From: an uncultured Chitinophagaceae bacterium
GTDB taxonomy: Bacteria; Bacteroidota; Bacteroidia; Chitinophagales; Chitinophagaceae
Length of the DNA stretch: 64,000 bases
Reading direction: 5' to 3'
Assembly (NCBI GenBank): GCA_963823305.1
Contig: CAWGLC010000004.1
Location: 532,847-596,846, forward strand
Shown: one piece after another, positions 53,141 through 64,000 of the stretch
Layout of the letters: every line of letters starts with the position of its first letter
Numbering within the stretch: the stretch's first letter is position 1
The notes under the pieces: model-generated
Seen by the model: only the letters and a program-made list of their open reading frames with translations
The model's database searches: none
Told to the model about the DNA's origin: nothing
Translations under genes and position numbers: made by a program

Positions 53141-55068
53141 ATGATTAAAAATCTGTGCAATTTTTTATTGTTACTATTATGCGCATTTGGCAGCCCAGGT
53201 ACTGCGAGTTCTCAAAGTATTTCCGTTGTTCCCAATCCATCCGCGCCTTCGATTTTCGCCTGGAGCGGCAGTGGCGCGCTTTCCGGCTACGCGGGTAATC
53301 CTATTCTCTACAACAATGCTTTAGTGCTTGAATATAATGCCTCCGGCACGTCTGACCCTACGCAAATCGTCCTCCAGCTTGCGATATATTCCGGCGGCAA
53401 TGCTTTGCAGTTAATACCCAATCCGGATGCTGGCCAGGGAATATATTTAACTTCCATTCAGCTTATTTATAATAACCTGCTTTTCCTGATATATCTTGAT
53501 GCATCAGGGGCGCAACGGCTTGCATCCTTCAATGGAACTGCCATTACGCTTTATCCCAACCCGGATGCGGGTTTGGGCTACATTGGTTCCCCAAGAATTT
53601 TTAATAACAAATTATATGTTGCTTATTCCAATGCTGCAGGCGTAACACAATTTGGCGTATTCAACGGTAGCGGCATTACGCTCATCGCAAATCCCGATAA
53701 CAGTACAACCGGTTTTTATAATGATTATTCAATAGTATTTGATAATAAACTTTGTTCACGGTATGTTACTACAGGTGGGCCAAAACAACTGGCTACTTTT
53801 GATGGAAATTCGTGGACAATATTGCCCAACCCGGACGCAACTACTCGGGGCGTACAACCCATTTTCCCGATCATTTATCATAGTAAGCTTTATTGGATCT
53901 ATTTCAGCGCAACAAACCAATTCCAGTTTATGCAATATGATGGCAGTTCCAATCCCACACTTATTGCGAATCCGGAAAATGATGCTGCCAACCAGGGTGG
54001 TGTTTCGTTTTTTCCTATCATCAGCAACGATACTTTGTTTTTCCAGTACGAGGATGTTACAGGCGCGGGCCGCCTAGCAAAGTTCGACGGTACAACCATA
54101 AAATTAGTGCCGAACCCGGACACGAGTCCTTATGGATTTTACAACACACCAATCGTGTATAACAACCAGCTTTATATTTTTTATGTAACCCCCGATCAAC
54201 TGCATCACCTTGCTCAATATGTCAGCAACGGAGATAGTTTAAAAGTATATCCAAACCCCGATTCCGGAAATGGATATTGGGATCAACCCATTGTATATGA
54301 CAATAAGCTTTTCTTCATGTATTACAATAATAAAGGCATTTTCCAGGTTGGGTATTTTAACGGCGGCAATTCGCTGAACTTACTTACGAATCCATCCGGA
54401 GTTTATAACGGCGCTTCAGGTAATGAGGGATATGTTGGTCAGCCAATAATTTGGAACAATGTTTTATACATGCAGTATGGAAGTGTGCCTTATGGCAACG
54501 CAGGCAATTTAGCTTATGTAAACGGAGGCACCTTGCCGATAACACTGATCACTTTTGGCGTGGAAAAGGCCGGCACTACTTCTTTACTGTCCTGGAAGAC
54601 AGCGACGGAAATCAATAACGCCTATTTCTCAATAGAACGATCAACGGATGCGAAAACGTTTATAGCGATCGGGAAAGTGGCCGGGCACGGCACTGTGTCA
54701 ACGCCGGAGACATATCAATATATAGACAACCAACCGGCCGCAGGTGTTAATTATTATCGTTTGAAACAAGTGGATATTGACGGCAACTTTACTTATTCTG
54801 CTACCGCGATGGTCAATTTTGGAAATGATCAACCGTTTACGGTATTTCCTAATCCTGCCGGCAATAGTGTGTTTCTGACTATTCCACTTAGCAATCAATC
54901 GTCCGCGATAAGCATATATGATGTCGACGGTAAAAAGGTTATGAACCGCCAATTGCAAACCAACGCTTCCGCCCAATACCTGGATATAAGCAACCTTGCT
55001 GAGGAATGTATATACTTTCATTACGACAGGAAGGTCACCAACAAACTATAAAATTGATAAAGAAATAG
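53141..55068 (+). CDS. T9SS-secreted repeat (propeller-like) protein; C-terminal frameshift
   Basis: Signal peptide, nine NP(D/E/S) repeats, LPITL..F..LSW.TATE.N..YF.IERS domain and VFPNP CTD. Confidence 0.85.
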
Positions 55069-55098
55069 ACATACATCGGAATAATCTTCGTTTGAAGG

Positions 55099-55127
55099 AA
55101 GGAGCGTTATTTAAAATAGTGCTCCTT
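55099..55127 (+). terminator. Hairpin after the T9SS gene
   Basis: AAGGAGC..GCTCCTT followed by TATTTTT. Confidence 0.5.
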
Positions 55128-55307
55128 TATTTTTCACCTGATCTTTATTATTTTTCATGGGTTTTTAATAATTATGAAATCAGCTTTTTGTTCGATACGA
55201 ACAGTTCTACGATTTTTTTCAAAAATATTTTAGTTTGCACGCGTACCACATGCCCAGGCAGGCTATCATCTTAACAATAATTTTTTGGAAAAACATCTCA
55301 TTAATTC

Positions 55308-55338
55308 TTTGTTGTTTAATTCAATACCCATACCTTTG
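55308..55338 (+). promoter_or_regulatory. Bacteroidota housekeeping promoter of the S10 operon
   Basis: TTTG-19 nt-TACCTTTG. Confidence 0.8.
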
Positions 55339-55380
55339 CGCTCCCGAAATAAATTTGGGTTAATAAAAGTTCTTTAAATT

Positions 55381-55686
55381 ATGTCTCAAAGAATCAGAAT
55401 TAAACTTCAGTCTTACGATCATAACCTGGTTGATAAATCAGCCGAGAAAATTGTAAAGACCGTTCGCAGTACAGGTGCAGTGGTTACAGGCCCTATTCCA
55501 TTACCTACCCACAAAAAAATATTTACTGTTTTGCGTTCGCCGCATGTAAATAAAAAAGCACGCGAGCAGTTTCAATTGTGTACGCATAAGCGCTTGCTGG
55601 ATATTTATACCAGCAGTTCGCGAACTGTTGATGCATTATCAAAACTGGATTTACCGTCTGGTGTTGATGTTGAGATAAAAGCATAA
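55381..55686 (+). CDS. rpsJ: 30S ribosomal protein S10
   Basis: RIRIKL, GPIPLPT and RSPHVNK. Confidence 0.98.
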   Translation: MSQRIRIKLQSYDHNLVDKSAEKIVKTVRSTGAVVTGPIPLPTHKKIFTVLRSPHVNKKAREQFQLCTHKRLLDIYTSSSRTVDALSKLDLPSGVDVEIKA

Positions 55687-55799
55687 TGTGTGATGCCTTT
55701 TCTCCTTTCCTTCGGGAAGGCTGGATGGGCTTAGTTCTTATATAAAATTGTAACATCCATCTACGGCTATGCCGGAGCGCTGGATATAATAAAATATAA

Positions 55800-56417
55800 A
55801 TGAAAAGTATTATTGGAAAAAAAGTTGGCATGACCAGCATTTTCGATACTAATGGCAGGCAAACTGCTGTGACCATTATTGAAGCTGGCCCGTGCGTGGT
55901 AACTCAGAAGAAGACTGTAGATACTGACGGTTATAATGCAGTGCAAATTGCCTTTGGGGACAAAAAAGAAAAGCACACCCTCCTCTCAGAAAAAAATCAT
56001 TTTGCCAAAGCAAATACCCCGGCAAAAAAATTCGTAAAAGAAATCCGCGATAGCGAAACAGATAAAAATGTTGGTGACACCGTAAGTGTTGACATATTTA
56101 ATGAAGGCGATAAAGTGATCGTTGTAGGCACTACTAAGGGAAGAGGTTTCCAGGGTGTTGTAAAGCGTCATGGCTTTCATGGAGTAGGTGAGCAATCTCA
56201 TGGCCAGCACGACAGGTCAAGGGCTCCCGGATCTATAGGTGGATCTTCTTATCCTTCAAGAGTGTTTAAAGGCATGCGTATGGCGGGCCGTATGGGCAGC
56301 GACAAAGTGCAGATAAAGGGCCTTAAGGTGGTAAAGATATTTCCTGAAAAGAATTATATATTAATAAGTGGTTCGGTTCCCGGCCATAATGGTTCCATCC
56401 TTTTAATTCAGAAGTAA
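55800..56417 (+). CDS. rplC: 50S ribosomal protein L3
   Basis: GKKVGMT, GFQGVVKRHGF and RVFKG. Confidence 0.98.
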   Translation: MKSIIGKKVGMTSIFDTNGRQTAVTIIEAGPCVVTQKKTVDTDGYNAVQIAFGDKKEKHTLLSEKNHFAKANTPAKKFVKEIRDSETDKNVGDTVSVDIFNEGDKVIVVGTTKGRGFQGVVKRHGFHGVGEQSHGQHDRSRAPGSIGGSSYPSRVFKGMRMAGRMGSDKVQIKGLKVVKIFPEKNYILISGSVPGHNGSILLIQK

Positions 56418-56418
56418 C

Positions 56419-57070
56419 ATGCAATTAGATATTATAAACATAGAAGGAAAGAAAACGGGCAGAACCATTGATTTGCCAGATGAAATTTTTGGTGCTGAGC
56501 CGAACAGTCACGTGATCTGGCTGGCAGTAAAGCAGCACCTTGCCTCGCAACGCCAGGGAACCCATAAGGTAAAAACCAGGGCGGAAGTAGAAGGTTCGTC
56601 AAAAAAACTACACAAGCAAAAAGGAACCGGTGGAAGCCGTAAAGGCAATCTTCGTAATCCGCTTTACAAAGGTGGTGGTACTGTTTTCGGCCCAAAGCCG
56701 CACACGTATGATCTGAAACTAAACCGGAAAGTAAAGGACCTGGCTAAGATCGGCGCGCTGAGTGCAAAAGCAAAAGAGAATAAGATCTTTATTGTAGAAG
56801 ATATTACGATGGACGCACCGGCAACAAAAGAATTCACAAAGATATTTAATGCGATAATTCCGGAAAGCAGGAAGGCTTTGTTTATTATGCCGGAGCACAA
56901 TGAAAATATTTACAAGAGTTTCAGGAATGCACCTTCAATTTGCGGAACCTTACTAAGTGATGTGAATACTTATGATATTGTAAACTGCTGATACGGTTGT
57001 ATTCACTGAAAGTGCAGCAAAAATATTTGTGGAAGAGAATGAAGAAGATAAAGAAGTAGCGGAAGCATAG
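56419..57070 (+). CDS. rplD: 50S ribosomal protein L4 (frameshift near 56985)
   Basis: RQGTH..KTRAEV, QKGTG and GGGTVFGPKP. Confidence 0.96.
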
Positions 57071-57110
57071 ATTAAAAGTAATTAAGAAAAAATAATAAAA
57101 ATAAAAAGAC

Positions 57111-57410
57111 ATGAAGCTGTCTGAAGTTTTAATAAGGCCAGTTTTATCAGAAAAGGTAAACCGTCTAACGGAAAAGCACAACCGCTATACTTTTATCGTA
57201 AACAGGAAAGCCAATAAACTGGAAATTAAAAAGGCAGTGGAAGAATTTTATGGTATCCAGGTAGAAGATGTGAATACGCTGACCATGCCTTCAAAAGTAA
57301 AACAGCGTAATACGAAAGCCGGGCTTCTTACAGGTCGAAGCCTGCAAAAAAAAAAGCAGTAGTAACATTGGCAGAAGGCGAGAGCATTGATCTTCTATGG
57401 TAACGTTTAA
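57111..57410 (+). CDS. rplW: 50S ribosomal protein L23 (frameshifted end)
   Basis: PVLSEK and ANKLEIKKAVE. Confidence 0.95.
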
Positions 57411-57471
57411 AGAATCAATTTTAAGATAATAATTGATCTGGTAATTTCCGAGGGATAAAATATAAATACAA

Positions 57472-58317
57472 ATGGCTTTAAGAAAATACAAACCAACAAC
57501 CGCAGGCACCCGCTGGAGAATTGGTAATGCGTATGCAGAAGTTACTACAAACGTTCCTGAAAAGAGCCTGGTAGAAATGGTGCATCATACTGCAGGCCGC
57601 AATGCACAGGGCCGCAGAAGCATGCGTTATCTTGGAGGCGGTCACAAAAAAATGTATCGCATTATTGATTTCAAAAGAAACAAAAAAGATATTCCTGCTA
57701 CTGTAAAGACAATTGAATACGATCCAAACAGGAGTGCATTTATTGCTTTGATTTCTTATGCTGATGGTGAAAAAAGATACATACTTGCTCCGCAGGGTTT
57801 ACAGATTGGTGGTTCTATTATTAGCGGAGACAGCTGTTGCACCAGAATTGGGAAATGCATTGATGCTTAAAAATATTCCTCTTGGGTACTGTAGTTCATA
57901 ATATTGAAATGCAGCCTGGCCAGGGTGGAAAGCTTGCAAGAAGTGCAGGTTCTTCTGCACAGCTTGGCGAACAAAGAAGAAAAATATGGCGTGTTGAAAA
58001 TGCCAAGTGGTGAGTTGAGAAAAATTCTTATTAATTGTTATGCGACAGTTGGCGTTGTTAGCAACAGCGATCACAATCTTGAAAGCAAAGGAAAGGCCGG
58101 CAGAAACAGGTGGAAAGGAATCAGGCCAAGAGTGAGAGGTGTTGCTATGAACCCGGTTGATCACCCGATGGGTGGTGGTGAAGGTAAAGCTTCAGGTGGT
58201 CATCCGCGTAGCAGAACCGGTAAGTATGCCAAGGGTGAAATCACGAGAGTTCGTGGAAAGGGCTCTGATAAAATGATCATTCAAAGAAGAAATGGTAAGA
58301 AATTACCGAATAAATAG
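57472..58317 (+). CDS. rplB: 50S ribosomal protein L2 (frameshifted)
   Basis: IEYDPNRSA and [17 protein letters not shown]. Confidence 0.97.
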
Positions 58318-58405
58318 GCTGAAGGTAAAAGGTTGAAGGTAAAGGCTAAAGGCAGATAAAGTTTATAAATAAAGTATTAAAATCGTACATCTAAAATCGT
58401 ACATA
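58317..58405. repeat. Degenerate heptamer tandem repeats
   Basis: GGCTGAA GGTAAAA GGTTGAA GGTAAA GGCTAAA; AAATCGTACAT twice. Confidence 0.55.
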
Positions 58406-58409
58406 AAAA

Positions 58410-58681
58410 ATGGCTCGTTCAATTAAAAAAGGTCCTTATGTAGAAGCAAAGCTTGAAGATAAAGTGCTTGGCATAAATGAAGGAAAATCAAGAAAGGTGT
58501 AATCAAAACATGGTCACGCCGTTCTACGATTACTCCGGATTTTGTAGGTCATACATTCGCAGTACATAACGGTAATAAATTTATTCCCGTGTATGTAACA
58601 GAATTTATGGTAGGCCATAAGCTAGGTGAATTTGCACCAACAAGAAATTTTAAAGGACATTCAAGTAAAAAGATCGCATAA
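58410..58681 (+). CDS. rpsS: 30S ribosomal protein S19 (frameshifted, absent from ORF track)
   Basis: [10 protein letters not shown].. then [21 protein letters not shown]. Confidence 0.95.
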
Positions 58682-58745
58682 ATAACGATCGTAGATCATA
58701 GTATTTACAGTATCGAACTTGTATCGGATTTAGAAAAAAATAAAA

Positions 58746-59291
58746 ATGGAAGCAGTAGCTAAACTTAATAATTATCCCACATCTCCCCGCAAAATGCGTT
58801 TGCTGGCAGATTTGATTCGTGGACTTGAAGTTGAAAAAGCATTGGGCATTTTACAATTCAATCCAAAACATCCGGCTGTGCCAATGTATAAATTATTAAA
58901 AAGTGCCATTAATAACTGGGAACAAAAAAATAGTGATGAAAAAGTAGAAGATGCCGGACTTGTAGTAAAAACAATTATGGTTGATAGCGGCAGGGTGATT
59001 AAACGTATGCGTCCTGCTCCGCAAGGCCGTGGTTACCGGATTCGTAAACGCAGCAACCATGTTACTATAATAGTAGATAGCAAACACAATGGTAATACTG
59101 CCTTCGGTAAAAAAGAATGTTGCTTCCGCAACGTCGCCCGTTGACATAGCTGATGCGAAGTACAGAAGTCGACAACAAAAAAAGTGCCTGCAAAAAAAGC
59201 AGCCGCTAAAGAAACAACAACAACAAAAAAAGAAAAACCTGCCGCTGAAGATACTGAAAAGAAATCAGCACTAAAAAAATCAAAAAAATAA
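58746..59291 (+). CDS. rplV: 50S ribosomal protein L22 with Lys/Ala/Thr-rich C-terminal extension (frameshifted)
   Basis: SPRKMRL.AD.IRG and RKRSNH; tail [18 protein letters not shown]. Confidence 0.93.
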
Positions 59292-59300
59292 AAACCGAAT

Positions 59301-60133
59301 ATGGGTCAAAAAACAAATCCGATTGGTGCCAGGTTAGGTATTATCCGTGGATGGGATAGTAATTGGTTTGCAAATCCAAAAGATTATGGCAAAAAGCTGA
59401 TTGAAGACGACAAGATCAGAACCTATCTTAATGCACGTATCAATAAAGGTGGTATCGCAAAGATCGTGATTGAGCGTACATTTAATAAATTAATCGTTAC
59501 AATACATACTTCAAAGCCCGGTATCATCATTGGTAAAGGCGGCGGCGAAGTGGACCGTATTAAGGAAGAATTAAAAAAACTACCGGTAAAGAAGATGTTC
59601 AGATAAATATTCTCGAAATACGCCGCCCTGAATTGGATGCGAATATTGTTGCAGATACCATTGCAAGGCAAATTGAAAACCGTATCAATTATAAAAGAGC
59701 AATTAAAATGTCAATCGCTTCTGCTTTAAGAATGGGTGCTGAAGGGATCAAGGTAAGAGTTGGCGGCAGATTGGGTGGAGCGGAAATTGCCCGCAGTGAA
59801 GAAATAAAACAAGGTCGTACTCCATTGCATACTTTGCGAATGGATATTGATTATGCAAATGTTTTTGCTCAAACAGTGTATGGTAAAATTGGCGTAAAAG
59901 TTTGGATATGTAAAGGCGAGGTACTTGCGAAAAGAGATTTAAATCCAAATATCATCGCAGGCGGTGGTAAAAATGAAAATGATATGCAAGGCGGAGATAG
60001 ACGAGGTGGTTTCAATGACAGGCGGGGTGGTGGAGACAGAGGAGGAGACAGGCGCGGCGGTGGTGGTGGTGACAGAAGAGGTGGTGGAGGTGGTGGTGAC
60101 AGACGCGGTGGCGGCCAGGGTGGAAGAAGATGA
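59301..60133 (+). CDS. rpsC: 30S ribosomal protein S3 with GGDRRGG tail (frameshift near 59585)
   Basis: [16 protein letters not shown] and [10 protein letters not shown]. Confidence 0.97.
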
Positions 60134-60180
60134 TTCTCAGATATTTCAATTAAATAATTTAATAAGAAAATACTTACAAT

Positions 60181-60600
60181 ATGTTACAGCCAAAAAGAAC
60201 CAAGCATAGGAAAATGCAAAAAGGTCGTATGAAGGGCAACACCAAGCGTGGTGCAACCATTTCATTCGGAACTTTCGGCTTAAAAGCTCTTGAAGAAGTT
60301 TGGTTAACTAACAGGCAGATAGAATCTGCAAGGCAGGCGCTAACCCGCCATATGAAAAGGGAAGGAAATGTTTGGATCAGGATTTTCCCTGATAAAGCCA
60401 TAACGAAAAAGCCTGCTGAAGTAAGAATGGGTAAGGGTAAAGGTAATCCTGAATATTTTGCGGCGGTGGTTCAGCCAGGCAGGATTTTATTTGAAGCGGA
60501 TGGTATTTCCGAACAAGTTGCCAAGGAAGCATTTGAGCTTGCGGCACAAAAATTACCCATCGCAACAAAATTTGTCGTAAGAAGAGATTATTCAGCATAG
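60181..60600 (+). CDS. rplP: 50S ribosomal protein L16
   Basis: MLQPKRTK and RMGKGKG. Confidence 0.98.
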   Translation: MLQPKRTKHRKMQKGRMKGNTKRGATISFGTFGLKALEEVWLTNRQIESARQALTRHMKREGNVWIRIFPDKAITKKPAEVRMGKGKGNPEYFAAVVQPGRILFEADGISEQVAKEAFELAAQKLPIATKFVVRRDYSA

Positions 60601-60639
60601 AAGATATCTTAATAAGAAAGAATTAAATAACATAAAAAA

Positions 60640-60849
60640 ATGTCAAACAGAAACGATTTTGTAAACAGCGTGAAAGAGATGAATGAGACCGACCTTAAAT
60701 CAAGGATCGAAGAGGATGAGCTGCGTATAAAAAAATTGAAGTTCGCTCATGCAGTTTCTCCTTTGGAGAATCCAATGAACATCCGCGGTGTAAGAAAAGA
60801 TCTCGCCCGCTTAGAAAACGGAATTAAGAGCAAAACAATTAAGTTCTAA
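60640..60849 (+). CDS. rpmC: 50S ribosomal protein L29
   Basis: LENPM.IR..RKDLAR; operon position. Confidence 0.93.
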   Translation: MSNRNDFVNSVKEMNETDLKSRIEEDELRIKKLKFAHAVSPLENPMNIRGVRKDLARLENGIKSKTIKF

Positions 60850-60869
60850 ATCCTGAAAAAATTATAATA

Positions 60870-61127
60870 ATGCCCGAAAGAAATTTAAGAAAAACAAGAA
60901 CAGGGGTTGTTTCCAGCAATAAAATGGATAAGACAATTACCGTAAAGGTTGAAAGGAAAGTAAAACATCCTTTATACGGAAAGTTCATTAAAAAGACCAC
61001 AGGGTTTCATGCTCATGATGAAAAAAATGAATGCAGCATTGGTGATCTGGTACGTATTATGGAAACCAGGCCGATGAGCAAAATAAAACGCTGGAGACTG
61101 GTAGAAGTAATAGAAAAAGTAAAATAA
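60870..61127 (+). CDS. rpsQ: 30S ribosomal protein S17
   Basis: KMDKTI, HPLYGK and ETRP.SK.KRW. Confidence 0.97.
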   Translation: MPERNLRKTRTGVVSSNKMDKTITVKVERKVKHPLYGKFIKKTTGFHAHDEKNECSIGDLVRIMETRPMSKIKRWRLVEVIEKVK

Positions 61128-61131
61128 AAAA

Positions 61132-61239
61132 GCTGTTAGCTATTAGCGGTTAGCTATTAGCGAAAGCAATTTAAAAAATAGGTTTAATCAGCTAAGAGCT
61201 AAGGGCGAAGAGCCAAAAGCTAAAAGCTAAAAGCTAAAA
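61132..61239. repeat. Inverted pair of heptamer arrays
   Basis: (GCTATTA-like)x4 at 61132-61161 and (GCTAAAA-like)x7 at 61191-61239. Confidence 0.8.
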
Positions 61240-61243
61240 TAAG

Positions 61244-61612
61244 ATGATTCAGCAAGAAAGCAGGCTAAATGTAGCAGATAACAGCGGAGCAAAAGAAGTA
61301 CTGTGTATCCGGGTTTTGGGCAATTCCGGCCAGGACTACGCACATGTCGGCGACAAAATAGTGGTAACAGTAAAGGATGCTTTGCCTGCAGGTGGCATTA
61401 AAAAAGGAACAGTGAGCAAAGCAGTTATTGTACGTACAAAAAACAAGCTTCGCCGTAAGGACGGTTCTTATATCCGATTTGATGACAACGCAGTTGTGTT
61501 GTTAAATGCATCTGACGAGCCAAGGGGAACGAGAATTTTTGGGCCGGTAGCCCGCGAATTAAGGGAAAAGGGTTATATGAAGATAATTTCCCTTGCCCCC
61601 GAAGTATTATAA
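61244..61612 (+). CDS. rplN: 50S ribosomal protein L14
   Basis: VADNSGAK and [12 protein letters not shown]. Confidence 0.98.
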   Translation: MIQQESRLNVADNSGAKEVLCIRVLGNSGQDYAHVGDKIVVTVKDALPAGGIKKGTVSKAVIVRTKNKLRRKDGSYIRFDDNAVVLLNASDEPRGTRIFGPVARELREKGYMKIISLAPEVL

Positions 61613-61623
61613 TTGTATCTTTG
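61592..61623 (+). promoter_or_regulatory. Internal housekeeping promoter before rplX
   Basis: CTTG-20 nt-TATCTTTG. Confidence 0.6.
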
Positions 61624-61681
61624 CAGCCCCAAAAAAACGGGGTTTTAATAAGAATTAATAAAGACAAATATTTGTTCAGAA

Positions 61682-62023
61682 ATGAAAACAAGATTTAAAC
61701 CGAAGTTCAACATAAAAAAAGGCGATTCCGTGGTAGTGATTACGGGCGATGATAAAGACCTTAAAAGCCGCGTAAAGTGCTGCAGGTAATTACTGAAAAG
61801 AATCGTGTACTGATAGAAGGCGTGAATATTCGTGACGAAACATACCAAGCCTTCCGCACAAAATACCAAGGGAGGTATCATAAAGTCTGAGGCGCCAGTA
61901 GCGATTTCTAATGTAATGCTGTGGGATGCAAAGTCCAAAGCGCATTCAAAAATCAGCAGAACACGTACCGAAGCTGGAAAATTAGTAAGAACCGCAAAAA
62001 AATCAGGGGAGGTAATTAAATAA
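61682..62023 (+). CDS. rplX: 50S ribosomal protein L24 (frameshifted)
   Basis: [19 protein letters not shown] and GGII..EAP..ISNV. Confidence 0.93.
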
Positions 62024-62589
62024 TGAGCACAGAAAAATATACTCCGAGAATGGCAGAAAAATATAAGAAGGAAGTTGTTCCTGCTTTAATGAAAAAGTTT
62101 GCTTACAAATCAATTATGCAGGCACCCCGGCTTACCAAGGTTTGTATAAATCGTGGTGTAAACGGCGCTGTGGCCGATAAAAAGCTCGTTGACGTTGCCA
62201 TTGAGGAACTGTCAACCATCACCGGCCAGAAGGCTGTAGCCACGATGTCTAAAAAGGATATTTCCAATTTTAAGCTGCGTAAAAACATGCCTATTGGGGC
62301 AAAAGTTACTTTGCGCGGAGTAAATATGTATGAATTTTTGGATCGCCTGGTTTCTGTTTCTTTGCCCCGTGTTCGTGATTTTAAAGGTATCAGTGATAAA
62401 TCATTTGATGGTCGTGGAAATTATACTTTAGGCGTTACCGAACAAATTATTTTTCCTGAAATTGATATTGATAAAGTAAATAAAATTACCGGTCTTGATA
62501 TCACATTCGTAACTACAGCAAATACCAATGAAGAAGCATTTGAACTGTTGAAGGAATTGGGAATGCCTTTTAAAAATATAAAAAAATAA
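62023..62589 (+). CDS. rplE: 50S ribosomal protein L5
   Basis: ITGQK, LPRVRDF and FDGRGNY. Confidence 0.98.
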   Translation: MSTEKYTPRMAEKYKKEVVPALMKKFAYKSIMQAPRLTKVCINRGVNGAVADKKLVDVAIEELSTITGQKAVATMSKKDISNFKLRKNMPIGAKVTLRGVNMYEFLDRLVSVSLPRVRDFKGISDKSFDGRGNYTLGVTEQIIFPEIDIDKVNKITGLDITFVTTANTNEEAFELLKELGMPFKNIKK

Positions 62590-62638
62590 AACAGAGTTAG
62601 CTACTTAAAAAGCTAATTCTAATCATAAAATAAAACTT

Positions 62639-62910
62639 ATGGCTAAAGAGTCAGTAAAAGCAAGGCAGAGAAAGCGTGAGAAAATGGTTGCGCAGTATGC
62701 AGAAAAAAGAAAGGCTTTAAAAGAAGCAGGTGATTACAGAGGTTTGGATCTTCTGCCTAAAAATGCATCGCCTGTTCGGCTTAAAAATCGCTGCCAGCTT
62801 ACTGGTCGGCCCCGTGGATATTTGAGCCATTTTGGTATTTCAAGAAATATTTTTCGTGATATGGCTCTTGCAAGGAAAAATTCCCGGGAGTAAAAAAAGC
62901 AAGCTGGTAG
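62639..62910 (+). CDS. rpsN: 30S ribosomal protein S14, long form without CxxC pairs; frameshifted end
   Basis: [13 protein letters not shown]; ends KKASW*. Confidence 0.95.
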
Positions 62911-62977
62911 AATTCAATTTTGTCAATTGGTATCAATGGATATCGCATTGTAAATAAATAAAAAATAAAAATAAACA

Positions 62978-63381
62978 ATGGTTACTGATCCTATAGCAGA
63001 TTACTTAACTAGAATCCGCAATGCCCAAATGGCAAATCACAGAATTGTGGAAATCCCTGCAAGTAATTTAAAAAAGCGTATCACTGAAATCTTATATGAT
63101 AAGGGATATATTTTAAAATATAAATTTGAAGATGATTCCAAGCAAGGTGTTATAAAAATTGCTTTGAAGTATGATCCTCAATCAAAGCTTCCTGCTATAC
63201 AAAGTTTGGAAAGAATAAGCCGCCCGGGCTTCGTACGTATTCCAAACCTGATGAATTTAAAAGAGTGAAAAATGGTTTAGGTATTGCTATTGTTTCTACT
63301 TCAAAAGGTGTAATGACTGATAAAGAAGCAAAGACCCAGAAATGTGGTGGAGAAGTGTTTGAATGTTAACTTATTTATTAA
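62978..63381 (+). CDS. rpsH: 30S ribosomal protein S8 (frameshifted; end approximate)
   Basis: [18 protein letters not shown] and [16 protein letters not shown]. Confidence 0.95.
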
Positions 63382-63463
63382 TAATTTTTTGGTAAATGAT
63401 GATAATTAAGCCTTAGTCGTGGCTGAACCTACCAGAATTAATAAATAAAAATAAAAACCGGCT

Positions 63464-64000
63464 ATGTCAAGAATTGGAAAAAATCCTGTTAGCTATTACA
63501 AAAGGCGTAAATGTAACTGTGGGCCCTGATAATGTAATTACTGTTAAAGGCCCGAAAGGCGAATTGAAACAGACTATTGATAGAGATATAAAAGTAGAAG
63601 TAAAAGATGATAAAGTTGAATTTCAAGCGCCCGACAGACCAGATCAGGCACAGAGCCATGCATGGTCTTATACCGTGTCGCTGGTAAATAATATGGTACA
63701 GGGAGTTACCGAAGGATATACTAAAAAACTGGAATTGGTAGGTGTAGGTTATAAAGCGTCTAACCAGGGAAATCTTTTGGATCTTTCTTTAGGATATTCC
63801 CACAATATTATTGTTTGAAATTCCAAAAGAACTAAAGTAGCCACTTCTCAGGAAAAAGGTAAAAACCCGATGATCACTCTTGAAAGTATTGATAAGCAAT
63901 TGCTTGGCCAGGTAGCTGCTAAAATCCGCAGCCTGCGCAAGCCGGAACCATACAAAGGAAAGGGTGTTAAGTTTGAGGGTGAAGTATTACGCAGAAAAGC
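63464..64000 (+). CDS. rplF: 50S ribosomal protein L6 (frameshifted; runs off the window)
   Basis: [20 protein letters not shown] and [10 protein letters not shown]. Confidence 0.95.

Noticed and set aside
706-62288. Numerous short antisense or overlapping ORFs in the track
   Set aside because: Shadows of well-supported genes, with no motifs or independent expression signals.
54-64000. Widespread frameshifts as pseudogenisation or programmed frameshifting
   Set aside because: They also hit essential genes (rplB, rpsC, rpsS, rplD, rpsH), often at homopolymers, which fits long-read indel errors.

Overview
AT-rich Bacteroidota DNA, probably Chitinophagaceae-like (SusC/SusD pair, T9SS C-terminal domain, TAnnTTTG promoters). 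Many single-base frameshifts occur even in essential ribosomal genes, so I treat them as assembly errors rather than pseudogenes. Layout: (1) 54-5784 GH20 hexosaminidase, DUF1080, Gfo/Idh/MocA and MFS sugar genes. (2) From a tRNA-Ser-like 3' remnant at 7595-7616 to about 53 kb, a mosaic accessory region: stress-type genes (Zn-ADH, cyanophycinase, pyruvate oxidase, LigD, CinA, PPase, DUF421, DUF3606, His-rich protein, orphan kinases), most preceded by a recurring sigma54-like YGGCA-N6-TT(G) motif; a SusCD/GH5/GH43/GalM PUL; and a block of minus-strand genes sharing a repeated promoter with AGAGTGTGAT boxes. That block contains an intact, translationally coupled operon encoding an AurF-like diiron enzyme, OleA-, OleC- and OleD-like enzymes and a START protein, with no oleB. 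This is the strongest candidate for a novel system (beta-lactone or modified-lipid biosynthesis). (3) 55381-64000 S10/spc ribosomal protein cluster. Unannotated small elements found by eye include a duplicated 28-aa membrane peptide, two candidate sRNAs, a conserved leader peptide and inverted heptamer arrays. No database searches were possible, so family calls rest on recognised motifs and novelty is unverified.
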